From positions 118,303 to 182,302 of the IMG/VR virus record IMGVR_UViG_3300024054_000269: 64,000 nt of DNA; one strand, written 5' to 3'. The stretch is from a virus. This document shows, in pieces, positions 38,445 through 48,766 of the stretch (position 1 is the stretch's first letter; each line of letters begins with the position of its first letter). The notes below the pieces were generated by a model. It did no database searches and was not told where the DNA came from. It was given only the letters and a program-made list of their open reading frames with translations. The translations under genes were made by a program, and so were the position numbers.

Positions 38445-38752
38445 ACCTAGAAATTTATGATGCAATAGTTAATGAAATACAAGAAAAGTCCGATCCGAAT
38501 AGTAAGGGAAAGTCAAAAACTAATTTAATTGAAGCAATTTTTACTGACGACATTAATCTGTTTAATCATTTCGAATTGAATGGAGTTGCCTTCATACTTG
38601 CCATCAATACATCAACCAATGATGTGTATTATATAGTTGATAATGAAACTGGTAAATCGATAGATGTAGACATGTCAATAAAAGAATTCACTGGGAATGA
38701 CCTGAAACGAAAAATAGAAGAACTCTTAGCACTTGAGGTTGTAGAATCATGA
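38432..38752 (+). CDS. Hypothetical protein with C-terminal tag
   Basis: Ends LALEVVES*. Confidence 0.6.
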   Translation: MSGVDLEIYDAIVNEIQEKSDPNSKGKSKTNLIEAIFTDDINLFNHFELNGVAFILAINTSTNDVYYIVDNETGKSIDVDMSIKEFTGNDLKRKIEELLALEVVES

Positions 38753-38779
38753 AATCAGACAAATCACGACGAGAGAATA

Positions 38780-39370
38780 ATGGAAATTTATATAAGCACG
38801 GATGTTGAGACAGATGGGCCGATACCTGGCCCAAATTCAATGCTAAGCCTCGGGGCAGCAGCATTTAAAAACTATGAACTTATAGGAACATTTTCGGTCA
38901 ATCTGAGCCCTTTACCCGGGGCGTCGCCAGATCCAAACACAGAAGCTTGGTGGAAACAACAACCAAAAGAAATATACAATGCATGCAGGACTGATCAAAA
39001 GCCGCCGGAAGAGGCAATGAAACAGTATGTAGATTGGGTGTTGTCTTTTATTAATAGGCGAGACGGAACTAAACCGGTATTTGTAGGTTATCCAGCAACT
39101 TTTGATTTTCTTTTCGTTTATTGGTATCTTATCAAATTTGTCGGTTCATCCCCATTCAGTTTTTCAGCTCTAGACATTAAGTCTTATGCTATGGCTATGT
39201 TAGGTTCCGAGTACGGAAAATCAACAAAGAAGAACATGCCAAAAAGATGGTTCAATAATTTACCTCCACATACACACAAAGCCGTTGATGACGCAATCGA
39301 ACAAGGTTATCTGTTTATGAACATACTTAAAGATAATAAAATGGCGCAGCGCGTGCAGGGCACCGGCTAA
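38780..39370 (+). CDS. DEDDh 3'-5' exonuclease (RNase AS/Rv2179c-like)
   Basis: [32 protein letters not shown]; last residues come from the GC-rich insert. Confidence 0.85.
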   Translation: MEIYISTDVETDGPIPGPNSMLSLGAAAFKNYELIGTFSVNLSPLPGASPDPNTEAWWKQQPKEIYNACRTDQKPPEEAMKQYVDWVLSFINRRDGTKPVFVGYPATFDFLFVYWYLIKFVGSSPFSFSALDIKSYAMAMLGSEYGKSTKKNMPKRWFNNLPPHTHKAVDDAIEQGYLFMNILKDNKMAQRVQGTG

Positions 39371-39794
39371 GCAGATGGTATACCGCGCCCGCACCGAACT
39401 GGGGAGGAAGCCATGAGCGAGCATCGAGACGGCGCCCAGCGTATCGCAGCCGAACGCGCTAGGCAGAAGGGCGCCGAGGGCTGGTCGGACGAGCACGACT
39501 CCGCCCACGACAACGGAGAGCTTGCGTGGGCCGCAGTGTGTTACGCGGCGCCGAAGGCGGTCTACGTGGAGCGCCGCGGCCAGGATTTGGTCACGTTTGC
39601 GGACCCCTGGCCGTGGGAGCCGAGCGACGACAAGCGAGTGCGCCCCTACGGCACCCTGAAAGAGCCCACCGAGCAGCGCATACGCCAGCTCGAAAAGGCC
39701 GGGGCGCTCATCGCGGCTGAGATTGACCGACTGCTACGGGATGCCGGCCATGTCTGAGACGAGTAAGCGGGTGTTGGCATGGACATCTATCTAA
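39342..39794 (+). mobile_element. High-GC captured fragment (one intact gene plus two truncated neighbours)
   Basis: 41/60 GC in line 39481 versus 18/60 in line 39841; abrupt edges. Confidence 0.8.
39413..39757 (+). CDS. Widespread phage protein (ERxRQ..EGW..EHD..GELA / WPW / KAGALIAAEIDRL family)
   Basis: Motifs as quoted; SD GGGAGG. Confidence 0.7.
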   Translation: MSEHRDGAQRIAAERARQKGAEGWSDEHDSAHDNGELAWAAVCYAAPKAVYVERRGQDLVTFADPWPWEPSDDKRVRPYGTLKEPTEQRIRQLEKAGALIAAEIDRLLRDAGHV

Positions 39795-40192
39795 GACTCA
39801 ATAATTTCTCTAGTTTTTAATTCATTAATTGCTTTCATCAGCGATTCTTTTGTCAAATAATTGAATGAAATACACATACTAGACGAACCAAATATAAACG
39901 AATTTAATCTACCGATCCCTAAAAAGTATTTTCTTACTTTCTTGTTTCCGTTTCTTTTAATTCTATGTTCGACTACCATAAAATATTCAATATAATTAAA
40001 TTCAAAATTGCACACAAAAAAATCTTCACCTATATCAACTTCAACTAAATCACAATAATCGAATTGTTCCGCTCTGTTTAAAAACACTTTAGTTTTTCTA
40101 ATACCGAAAAATTCCTTAGAAACACTAATACAAGTTTTAAATTTGATTTCATGCGAAATACGCTTCAATTGTTCTAAGTCTTGTTCTTTCAT
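39791..40192 (-). CDS. Hypothetical protein with C-terminal tag
   Basis: Ends KTREIIES*. Confidence 0.6.
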   Translation of the reverse strand: MKEQDLEQLKRISHEIKFKTCISVSKEFFGIRKTKVFLNRAEQFDYCDLVEVDIGEDFFVCNFEFNYIEYFMVVEHRIKRNGNKKVRKYFLGIGRLNSFIFGSSSMCISFNYLTKESLMKAINELKTREIIES

Positions 40193-40518
40193 TACGATTC
40201 CACAACATCCCTTGTGTACATAGAAACTATAGCATTATACAAATCAGTTGCGGTTATTTCCTTGAATGAAATATAAATTCGAAACTCATCACTAACATCA
40301 TCACGTAAAACTACGTGATTTTTACAATCTTTGATAACTAGTGTTCTTCCATTTGCATGGTCACCGTCAAAACTGAATTTAAACATGTAATTTTGTTCAC
40401 CATGAATTTGATTCTTGATTATTAACCCTTTCAAAAATTGACCAGTGTATCCGGAATTGTATGCAATAATCTCAATTAATACATCGCTAAGGTAATTAAT
40501 TAGTTTCTGATATCCCAC
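40192..40518 (-). CDS. Hypothetical protein with C-terminal tag
   Basis: Ends YTRDVVES*. Confidence 0.6.
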   Translation of the reverse strand: MGYQKLINYLSDVLIEIIAYNSGYTGQFLKGLIIKNQIHGEQNYMFKFSFDGDHANGRTLVIKDCKNHVVLRDDVSDEFRIYISFKEITATDLYNAIVSMYTRDVVES

Positions 40519-40995
40519 AAATTAACATTACATTTGTATTGTCAATAATGGAAATTGAAGACACTATAGGGAAACCAAGACCACATAAAGATGTGCTAGA
40601 TGCATTGAAATGTATTGAACAAGAAATGATGTTAAATCCTCTTGCAATGTCTAAGAAAAGCGGGCCATTGCTTATTCATTATTCAGTAATCAGAGATTGT
40701 TTAAATGAACTTCTTGTCCTACGAGAATCAATTAAACGTGCGGAGATAAAATGACGTCTGAAGTTATTGAATGGTCAAAAATTGGGGATGATATCAAAAT
40801 AACGGTTTCCTTTTCAAAAGGAAATCGCTCAGAAACAAATACATACAGAGGACAATGCACAGTTTGGCACGAATATCCAAGCGGTAAGAGAGCAAGCTTA
40901 GAAATCGAAGAAGTTTTATCTGAGTATTGGGTGTTGATTAAATGGAACGAAGACAAATCATTGATTGGCAAAGAAAAGATAACAAAATTTAATGC

Positions 40996-41595
40996 TTAAG
41001 GAACATTGTTTAATTTCATAATTTCATGATGTTTAGTTTCATCCCAATCTTTGGTTGAATGTCCGATTATTAAATGGTTAAGTTCATGTTGAAACGCCGT
41101 CTCCTTTAATGGCACATTCTTCTCTTTATAACCGACTATCATGTCATAACCATTTGGAATTGTGTAACCAGCTATCGGTTTAACTTTTATCCCACGAACT
41201 CTAGTTATAGGACCGGGTTGAAAATGAACCCAAATTATGTTTTTCGAAATTATTTCTTCAGGTTTATAACTTTCAACTTTAGACCATACGTCAATCATTT
41301 CTTTAACTAAATCATCAAGTCCGGATGAATCGCCGTTCCAGCCGTCAGGGTTCAACATGAATCCATATTTAGAAAACCATTTGAATTTGTCTAGCGATTT
41401 TTTCCTGGCTCTGACAAACATAATATAAATTGCAAAAAACGCGGCTGACGTCACATAAGTTCCATATATAGCTTGCTTTGGCGTTCCATCAACTGAGTAT
41501 TTGTGAAAATAAATAGCTACAACTAATGATAGAACAGCGATTAAACCGAAAGTTAGCGCATCTATCCACCTAAACCAATGCGGTTTCTTTTTCAT
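40996..41595 (-). CDS. Membrane-anchored putative HEXXH metallopeptidase
   Basis: Two TM helices, AFQHELNH. Confidence 0.5.
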   Translation of the reverse strand: MKKKPHWFRWIDALTFGLIAVLSLVVAIYFHKYSVDGTPKQAIYGTYVTSAAFFAIYIMFVRARKKSLDKFKWFSKYGFMLNPDGWNGDSSGLDDLVKEMIDVWSKVESYKPEEIISKNIIWVHFQPGPITRVRGIKVKPIAGYTIPNGYDMIVGYKEKNVPLKETAFQHELNHLIIGHSTKDWDETKHHEIMKLNNVP

Positions 41596-42203
41596 CGTGT
41601 TTACTTCAACTTTCCATAAATTTTTCCGTAGATGCCCCTGTCAGGCATATCCAAAACTTCTGGGTTACCTGGAAGTTTGGAATCTATAAAGGCTTGTTTT
41701 GCTAAATGCGGTAAATTAGTACTAAAATTGCCGCATTTTTCTGTTATTGAGGCCTCTATCTTTACATCTCCGGCTATAGTTTTTGCTTGGTTGTAAGAAT
41801 CAGTTATTAATTCAGTTATTTTTTCTTTGGTTGGATAGGAGATAAAATGCATTGTCATTACTTTCAATCTTTGAGACAATAATATTGATATCATAATTCC
41901 GTCATCATCGGAAGTCTTTGACAAAATTAAATCATTTCTTGATTCGAACATTTTTTCGTAGGCTTTATACCTAACATCAGCCTCGACGTGTTTCTGGAAT
42001 GCTGTTCTAAATTCTGGTGTCATCATTTAGAAGTCTCATCAAAAATGTATTCTAAATGGAAGGGGAAATGTTAAATTGTGGATGTATGGTAGGTGGTATA
42101 GCGTGCCAAACGGCTGCTGGTTTGATAAATCAATTATCTGTAGAATATGCAAATTCACTTCGTACATGGGATTGGGAGAAATTTAACAAAATAAGAGGAC
42201 AAC

Positions 42204-42815
42204 TTGACACCCATTTTCGAAACGAAACTAAATCAACTGTTACTCGTTGAACAACTTACGAGTAGTATACCAGTTTATGATTGTGAATATGCTATTGTTG
42301 CCACAAACTATAAATCATTTGTTTTTAACAAACATTCGCCATTATATCTACCGCGCTTTATTAGAAATAAAGCTAACGACGACAATTGTGTGGGTAAGTT
42401 ATTATCGGTCTGGGCTGTTAAAAATAATAAACAACTTAGGCCGTATGTTAATTATTTGAATTTGACCGGAAAACAAATACGCGGGCATTTGCAGAAATTA
42501 GTGGAAAAGGTTCTTTCAAATGGGGACAGGTTCCAAGCGCTTTTGATGTCACCAGGAACATTTGTCTCCCTTGGAAAAAAGACTGGACAATTAAACGATT
42601 TGTACAAAATATATGTATCTAAACATATGAATGATGGAACGGTAGCCGCCGTCCCAATGCAAGAACAACTTGGTATGATAACAATAGTTGGTACTACAAT
42701 TGGTATGTTTATACATGGCAACATACCAATAATTGTAGACATAGTTGAAGTTTTAAAAGAAGATAAAATAGAAAGTGAAAATTTGATTTTAACAGAATCA
42801 GTTATAAATTCATAA
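42204..42815 (+). CDS. Hypothetical protein with C-terminal tag
   Basis: Ends LTESVINS*. Confidence 0.6.
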   Translation: MTPIFETKLNQLLLVEQLTSSIPVYDCEYAIVATNYKSFVFNKHSPLYLPRFIRNKANDDNCVGKLLSVWAVKNNKQLRPYVNYLNLTGKQIRGHLQKLVEKVLSNGDRFQALLMSPGTFVSLGKKTGQLNDLYKIYVSKHMNDGTVAAVPMQEQLGMITIVGTTIGMFIHGNIPIIVDIVEVLKEDKIESENLILTESVINS

Positions 42816-43235
42816 AATTTCACCAGATCCACCACAAACCGGACAAATTTTTAATTTCTTGTCTATTCTTAAATGGACCTTGCAAAGCCCACCTTTAATA
42901 ACCAAACCTTTACATTGGTGACCTTCAACACCAATGGCTTTGCACCTATGTTTTTCATGACCAGGTCTCAACCACCACCAACGTCCTTGTCCAGTCATAT
43001 TTTCACCAATTGTTCAATATTAAAACTAATTATGTCTGGCACATCTTTTTGATAAGAAATCGCAACAAGACATGCGCCTTTAACAAAATTTATGGCGTCA
43101 TCAGCTGACCATGCTCGTTCACCTTCAACAGCAGGCAACACTGATTTTGCTGACCAACCGTCTTCAAGTTCCTCAACAGTTATAGTTATAACGCGTTTTT
43201 TATTGCCAGAAAGGTTTTTGACTAAAACTTTGTTG

Positions 43236-43460
43236 TCAGCCATTTACAACACGCAAACTTTTGGTTAGGTCGCATTCTTCTTTTGTATGTTTGTGATCTC
43301 CACTGATGATCGCGTCACATTCATCACACTTACGAAGTGTGAAAGTTGCAGTTGCTGTAAACTCTCCTTGTTTAATCTCTTTTCCAGCGTTATCTTCTTT
43401 CACATAAATTTCCTTCGTTCCATCTTCATGAGTTATAACAATTTTGTCCATGTTTTTCAA
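43236..43460 (-). CDS. CxxC protein with C-terminal tag
   Basis: CDEC..CDLTKSLRVVNG*. Confidence 0.55.
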   Translation of the reverse strand: MKNMDKIVITHEDGTKEIYVKEDNAGKEIKQGEFTATATFTLRKCDECDAIISGDHKHTKEECDLTKSLRVVNG

Positions 43461-43493
43461 ACTTAAAATACATTTACAATGTAAAATTTTTGT

Positions 43494-44222
43494 ATGTCAT
43501 ATTTAAAGTATGATCACAAGATTGTAAATTCACCAAAAGTTATCAACGTATCAGATATGTCAATTGATGACGACGTAATCCAACCTTCTGAAATAAGGAA
43601 GATTGCAAGAGAAATATTTGAGTTAGACTTTGTACAAGACCAAATAAAAAAGGTTGGTGAGGTTATAACACATGATAACATTGAAATTTATTATAAATTT
43701 GAAATCATACCGATAGTTGTAAAATCAAAATTTAAACCAATAGTCAAAACCGTATTTATGTTAAATAATGAATTAACAATCATTCTAAAAGAAAAACGAA
43801 TAGTTAATATCGAAGATTTGATAAAAGTAAACCATTTGTTTGACGATGCCGCCGATGGTGATGGTGATGAATTAATAGATGATGGTAAAAATTACAACTT
43901 CGACAAATTATACGAAAATAACCCGTCAATGAATTATGACAATATCAAAGAAATAAAAATGAATTCCGAGAAACAATTTTACAAAATGGTCTTACTACAT
44001 ATGGATCGTATGTATAATATAAATGACTTCTTGGAAAAATTAAATCAATCAATTGATGATATATTTAATTCAGCTGACTATGCAGTTGATCTTGATAACG
44101 AAATTCAAAAAGCTATAATTGATAAAATTATGCCAACTTTCAATAAATTTAGTTGGGTCCCGCACGAAATACTCCATAGATGTGTTGATATGCTTACAAC
44201 TTCTGATGTAATTGATTCTTAA
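43494..44222 (+). CDS. Hypothetical protein with C-terminal tag
   Basis: Ends LTTSDVIDS*; TG TAAAAT TTTTGT ATG. Confidence 0.65.
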   Translation: MSYLKYDHKIVNSPKVINVSDMSIDDDVIQPSEIRKIAREIFELDFVQDQIKKVGEVITHDNIEIYYKFEIIPIVVKSKFKPIVKTVFMLNNELTIILKEKRIVNIEDLIKVNHLFDDAADGDGDELIDDGKNYNFDKLYENNPSMNYDNIKEIKMNSEKQFYKMVLLHMDRMYNINDFLEKLNQSIDDIFNSADYAVDLDNEIQKAIIDKIMPTFNKFSWVPHEILHRCVDMLTTSDVIDS

Positions 44223-44244
44223 TATTTTAATTTCAACTCACAGT

Positions 44245-44853
44245 ATGGATCTTTCAAGAATTGTAAACATAGCCATTCGAATAGCACGTTCGCCAACAGC
44301 CAGCATAACATTTTGGAGCGATTCAGATGCCATTATTGATGAAATACCAGAATCTTGTTTGTGCACACAAAATCTTGAAATGAAATTGTCGGAAATTGAT
44401 GAAATGTTACGTTCAAACAATCCAGAAGAAGTTGAAGAAATTAAAAACAAATTAGAAGAATACGCACACGGTGACTGTCGTTATTGCGGGGGCTCTGGTG
44501 TTCATATAACAAAAGTTAGACGTGAAACTGAAATCAACCTATCAAACTCAAATGCCATGGCAATATTAGAGGTTCTTGGCATCAAGCCAGATTACGATGG
44601 TTCTATATCATTACCAGAGGCAAAACGAGCTTTAATGAAGGCTAAAAGCCGTTCAAGCCTTAAAAAATTTGAACGACCTGAAGAAATTCTCACAAGACCA
44701 AGAGAAATTGAAGAAGGTGTTACCGAACTTCATTCGCCATATTTTTATGGTCAAGGGCTGTCTGAATCAGACATAAAAGAGAGACTTGAAAAATTTGAAA
44801 AATTAATCAAAGAAGCTGAGGCTAACGGAGCAAAAAACATACTGTGGGGTTGA
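44245..44853 (+). CDS. Hypothetical protein, N-terminal IAxRIA family
   Basis: MDLSRIVNIAIRIARS; CRYCGGSG. Confidence 0.6.
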   Translation: MDLSRIVNIAIRIARSPTASITFWSDSDAIIDEIPESCLCTQNLEMKLSEIDEMLRSNNPEEVEEIKNKLEEYAHGDCRYCGGSGVHITKVRRETEINLSNSNAMAILEVLGIKPDYDGSISLPEAKRALMKAKSRSSLKKFERPEEILTRPREIEEGVTELHSPYFYGQGLSESDIKERLEKFEKLIKEAEANGAKNILWG

Positions 44854-44858
44854 AATAA

Positions 44859-44888
44859 TTGACTCTTAATACAGAATTATTATATAAT
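44859..44888 (+). promoter_or_regulatory. Canonical sigma-70 promoter
   Basis: TTGACT-N18-TATAAT, then SD AGGAG before 44912. Confidence 0.7.
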
Positions 44889-44911
44889 GTCTGTGTACAC
44901 AGGAGATACAC

Positions 44912-45121
44912 ATGTCACCAAAAGTAAGAATGAATCTTGAGATGAGTGAAGAATCGTATTCAAAACTTGAAAATCTGGCTGGAACTCTTCACACTTCCAA
45001 GAGTGACGTTTTGAGAAGAGCTTTGGCCCTTATAGATTATGCAGTAGAAGCCGCAAAAGATGGTAAGAAGTTTGGTTTGTCAGTTAATGGAAAACTTGAT
45101 ACAGAAATAAAGGTGTTGTGA
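44912..45121 (+). CDS. CopG-like ribbon-helix-helix protein
   Basis: VRMNLEMSEESYSKLENLA...SKSDVLRRAL. Confidence 0.75.
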   Translation: MSPKVRMNLEMSEESYSKLENLAGTLHTSKSDVLRRALALIDYAVEAAKDGKKFGLSVNGKLDTEIKVL

Positions 45122-45132
45122 AACGTTAGTAT

Positions 45133-45390
45133 GTGAATATACTAGACCTACTACGTGACTCAAAATACGACATTAAAGTAAACCCGCCTGAAGATCCGGA
45201 TGAGAAAAAACATAGGCTACATAAGGATAAAATATTCTTTATATTCTCGTTATTTATAGTAGGTATAAGCATATTATTTTTGTCATATTTTGCTGTATAT
45301 GGTGAGCAAGTAATTGCACAATGGTCCAGAACAATTTTGTCTGGGTATGCTGGCGCGTTTGGTGGTTTTTTAGTTGGCAAAAAATCTTAG
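45133..45390 (+). CDS. Small two-TM membrane protein
   Basis: Two hydrophobic helices, co-transcribed with the RHH gene. Confidence 0.6.
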   Translation: MNILDLLRDSKYDIKVNPPEDPDEKKHRLHKDKIFFIFSLFIVGISILFLSYFAVYGEQVIAQWSRTILSGYAGAFGGFLVGKKS

Positions 45391-45576
45391 GGCTTTAGAA
45401 GTTTCCGATCAAATTCTCTCTTCAATGTTCTAAGTTTATTTATTTCTCTTAAAGCTAACACTCTATCAGCACCAGATGTTATACTAAACAAAACTTTTTC
45501 GGCTTTTCTTGTTATTTCTATTAACATGTCAAGCGCTAAATCCGTGTCTTTTTCAGACGCTAACTTAGCAAAACCA

Positions 45577-45676
45577 ATTAAATCATCAGCATCAAACAAA
45601 TTCATTTTGTGCAGTTCTCCGAAAACATTAAATCATCAGCATCAAACAAATTCATTTTGTGCAGTTCTCCGAAAAC
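45577..45676. repeat. Perfect 50-bp tandem duplication
   Basis: attaaatcatcagcatcaaacaaattcattttgtgcagttctccgaaaac x2. Confidence 0.95.
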
Positions 45677-46278
45677 AATTTGACAATTCCATCATATTCA
45701 GCTTCATCCATGTTAAGCTCCCATTTGTATTTAATCAAAACCCAAGAACCTAAATATTTACACCAATAATTCTTATTTGGTGGCATCCATTCATGAGGTT
45801 GTTTGTCTCCCTTTGATCTATTGGCTGACGAACTAATAGCAATAAGGTGGGCCGGGTTGTTCAAATCATTAAAATAAGCTCTTTTTTTATCTCTGTCCCA
45901 AGCGTGGCCGCCAGAATCATGAGCTTCTTTAATTGAGACTACATGATCTATGTCTATTCCTGAAGGAGTTAGAAAAACAGAACCAGTGTATACATCTGTC
46001 CACTTGCCAGTTGCTACTCTACATTTCTTTTCATCCGTGAACGTGACTAAAATTTCAGATTCAGCTATAAGGACCTCTTGTCTAGTATCTTGACAATCTT
46101 TGTCATAATCTAACCAATAACCCCATTCGTCTCTGTTAAACAAAGGTGTTTGATCAACACTTGTTAATTTTGGATCTGATACTGGAGTTGGTGAACAAGC
46201 TAAATTCCAAGCAAAACAAATAACTCCAGATTGTATCCGCCAAATGGCCCGTTTATTAAAACCTCTGGATCTACCCAT
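45652..46278 (-). CDS. DUF1524 (HNH-type) endonuclease, possibly a lipoprotein
   Basis: DCQDTRQEVL, IDIDHVV, NDL, ANRSKGDK.P.EWMPP, WCKY; LAC lipobox-like site. Confidence 0.85.
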   Translation of the reverse strand: MGRSRGFNKRAIWRIQSGVICFAWNLACSPTPVSDPKLTSVDQTPLFNRDEWGYWLDYDKDCQDTRQEVLIAESEILVTFTDEKKCRVATGKWTDVYTGSVFLTPSGIDIDHVVSIKEAHDSGGHAWDRDKKRAYFNDLNNPAHLIAISSSANRSKGDKQPHEWMPPNKNYWCKYLGSWVLIKYKWELNMDEAEYDGIVKLFSENCTK

Positions 46279-46565
46279 TTGACGACACCAGATTCTTTCT
46301 GAATAGGTTTTCCGACAAAATCAGCAATAAAGCAATTTACTAACTCTTGATTATCATACGTTGAATACACTTCTTTAAGATTGAAAATATCGATTCCTGT
46401 TTCTTCTAAGACTTCCCTAACTGCAGCTTCTTCTGGAGTTTCACCTAATTCGATGTGCCCGCCCGGTAGACCAAAAGCTTCTGGATCATTTGGTCTTGAT
46501 ACAGCCAATATTTTTCCATCATCACGCCTAATCAGAACACAAACCGAAGTTGGCTGGTCTTCCAT
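46200..46565 (-). CDS. Nudix hydrolase
   Basis: Nudix box GGHIELGETPEEAAVREVLEETG. Confidence 0.92.
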   Translation of the reverse strand: MEDQPTSVCVLIRRDDGKILAVSRPNDPEAFGLPGGHIELGETPEEAAVREVLEETGIDIFNLKEVYSTYDNQELVNCFIADFVGKPIQKESGVVKWVDPEVLINGPFGGYNLELFVLLGI

Positions 46566-46867
46566 TAGTGTCCGTAATTAAATCCATATAAATAAGTATT
46601 TCCTGATGGAGATGGCCCAAATTCTTTGTCAACGAACCCACAGCAACCTTCTCTTGCTGCATCTTCGTATTTTTCTTCTGATTCTTGATCATCTTTTAAA
46701 GCGACTCTAAAATTGTCTGGATACTCATACATGTCTTCTTCAACCCCGCCCCAAAAACTCTTGATTTGGCTCTTCAACCAATTAAGTTCGTTATCACCAA
46801 ATTTATTTTTCACGACATTAAAGAAATCCGGTTCAGTAGCTATTTTACTTGCAATTTTATTTAACAT
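46565..46867 (-). CDS. Hypothetical protein, N-terminal IAxRIA family
   Basis: MLNKIASKIATE. Confidence 0.6.
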   Translation of the reverse strand: MLNKIASKIATEPDFFNVVKNKFGDNELNWLKSQIKSFWGGVEEDMYEYPDNFRVALKDDQESEEKYEDAAREGCCGFVDKEFGPSPSGNTYLYGFNYGH

Positions 46868-47057
46868 ATAAAACAAACAGCATCAAAATTCGATTAATTC
46901 TTTAGATTTAACTTCGTCAATAACTTGAGTGAATACATTTTCGAGATGATGTTTAATTGAATCTGGCATTTTGGAAGAAGCTTCTTCAAACGCTTCTTCC
47001 ATTGATTCAACTGAAACCCCCATACTGACAGCAACAGTTGTATAACCTCTAAACGTA

Positions 47058-47492
47058 TCAGTCAACGTCTTCGTCGTCGATCCATTCAACTGACCATCCG
47101 TCTTCTTTATCTCGCGATTCGAGCCATTCTGAATGCTTTTCCCTGATTTGATCGAAGTCATTTTCTTTTGCAGCCTCTAAAATTTTTGATACAACAAAAG
47201 TGAAAGATCTTTCCTCATCGCGATCTTCGTCGTTTTCATCCTCTTCATATTCATCAATCTCGTCATCCTCGTACTCTTCATCATCCTCGTACTCTTCATC
47301 ATCGTAATCAATTATAGCTTTTTTAAACATAGACTCAGGTGGAAATACTAAGAATGTTCCATCTTCTTTCATGATTCCAATATCATATTCTTCTTTTTCA
47401 AGCTCATCCATCCATTCAGAGAATATTTTCCTCTGCTCCGATTCAGTTCCATAAATTGAACAATTTATTTCAAAAAAATTTCTCTTCTTCAT
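47058..47492 (-). CDS. Highly acidic protein
   Basis: D/E-rich tract with an 18-bp tandem duplication (47263-47298). Confidence 0.6.
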   Translation of the reverse strand: MKKRNFFEINCSIYGTESEQRKIFSEWMDELEKEEYDIGIMKEDGTFLVFPPESMFKKAIIDYDDEEYEDDEEYEDDEIDEYEEDENDEDRDEERSFTFVVSKILEAAKENDFDQIREKHSEWLESRDKEDGWSVEWIDDEDVD

Positions 47493-48128
47493 GCTAGGTA
47501 CTCTACAACAATTCCAGTTTGTAGCTACTAAACGACATAAAAACCCAACAAAAGACTAACTATTAATATGTAGGTTTCAATTTCATCTTTAGACAATTTT
47601 TCCCAATATGGATTATCATTAGGTATAAGATATTCATGGTCAAAACAATATGATCTATAACATATATTTTTATAATTTATCTTATAAGATGATTTGGATT
47701 CTAAATTGCATTTTGAACATTTATTAAATATGGCGTATCTGCCAAGTGCAACATTTGCGTATGCACCCCATTCTGTCGAATATGATGTATAAGGATCAAA
47801 ACCGCAAATGACGTATGGATCTGGTCCATTACTAATTTCAAAAATTGGAAAATCTTCAATATTTGGTTCATCATTGAATGATGATCTAAACGACATGTCT
47901 GTAAACTCAAAATCATGACCTGTGTGCGGATATTTATCACCTTTTCGTTTACTTCCGTCAACCCAAGCCAAATATTTAGCTTTACAAAATTCACAAATTG
48001 CATTAGCAACAACCATTTCTTCGTATTCATCAAAATGCGTGCCGCAATCAAATCGAGTGATTTTTCTTGGTCTCTCGACTAATACGACTTTAACTGTGTT
48101 ACAAAATGCACAATCAATGTCACCGAGA

Positions 48129-48763
48129 TTACGCGACATTGACCAAATCGACTCCAATTTGATCAGGCATTTCGATCGGAATGCCAAATTCAAAAATTTG
48201 TTCTTTTGGCTTCCCGTCAAAAAACCATTTTGTTAGTCTTCTATATTTTTCACCACAAAATTTATAATTCAATGTAGAAATCGTCGGGTCAAGACATGCC
48301 AACATAATCTCAGGGCATTTTTTGGATCAAAAATAGCAACGCGCGTAATAGCAATTGATGGAATCGTGCCTAAATACGCACAATTTCCAATACCATTGAT
48401 TGAATCAGTCCAATGATGTGAATATTTTTCAAGATTCTTTCTAAACCAACGCGTCCTTTTAACCATATCGGTCTTAGGCCACGGACCATTTTGATTTCTA
48501 GTCACCTGTTCCAAAAAATCTTCATCCGGAAGGAATCTGAATTGTTCAAGTTTATTAGTATCAATTTCTACAATCCCCCATTTTCCGGAATTGGATGAAC
48601 TAGCAGCAAAATACGCTGCGTACGCAGCTGTCAAATACACAGCGTCTTTTCTGCTCGGGCACCTACTCCAGTTGCTCTTACGGTTCGTGAACAAACGAGG
48701 CAACAACCCACCAGTCAGTGACTTACGGGCAGTTGCCTCATTTGTCCCATGGTACAATAACAT
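48129..48763 (-). pseudogene. ADP-ribosyltransferase-fold protein split by a -1 frameshift
   Basis: LYHGT and AVYLT ART-like motifs. A-AAA-AAT at 48323-48317; the -1 frame reads KKCPEIMLACLDPTISTLNYKFCGEKYRRLTKWFF to TAA 48129, overlapping the next ATG. Confidence 0.55.
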
Positions 48764-48766
48764 TGA

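Noticed and set aside
45577-45676. CRISPR array
   Set aside because: Two abutting copies with no spacers; no cas genes; no repeat-spacer periodicity seen anywhere.
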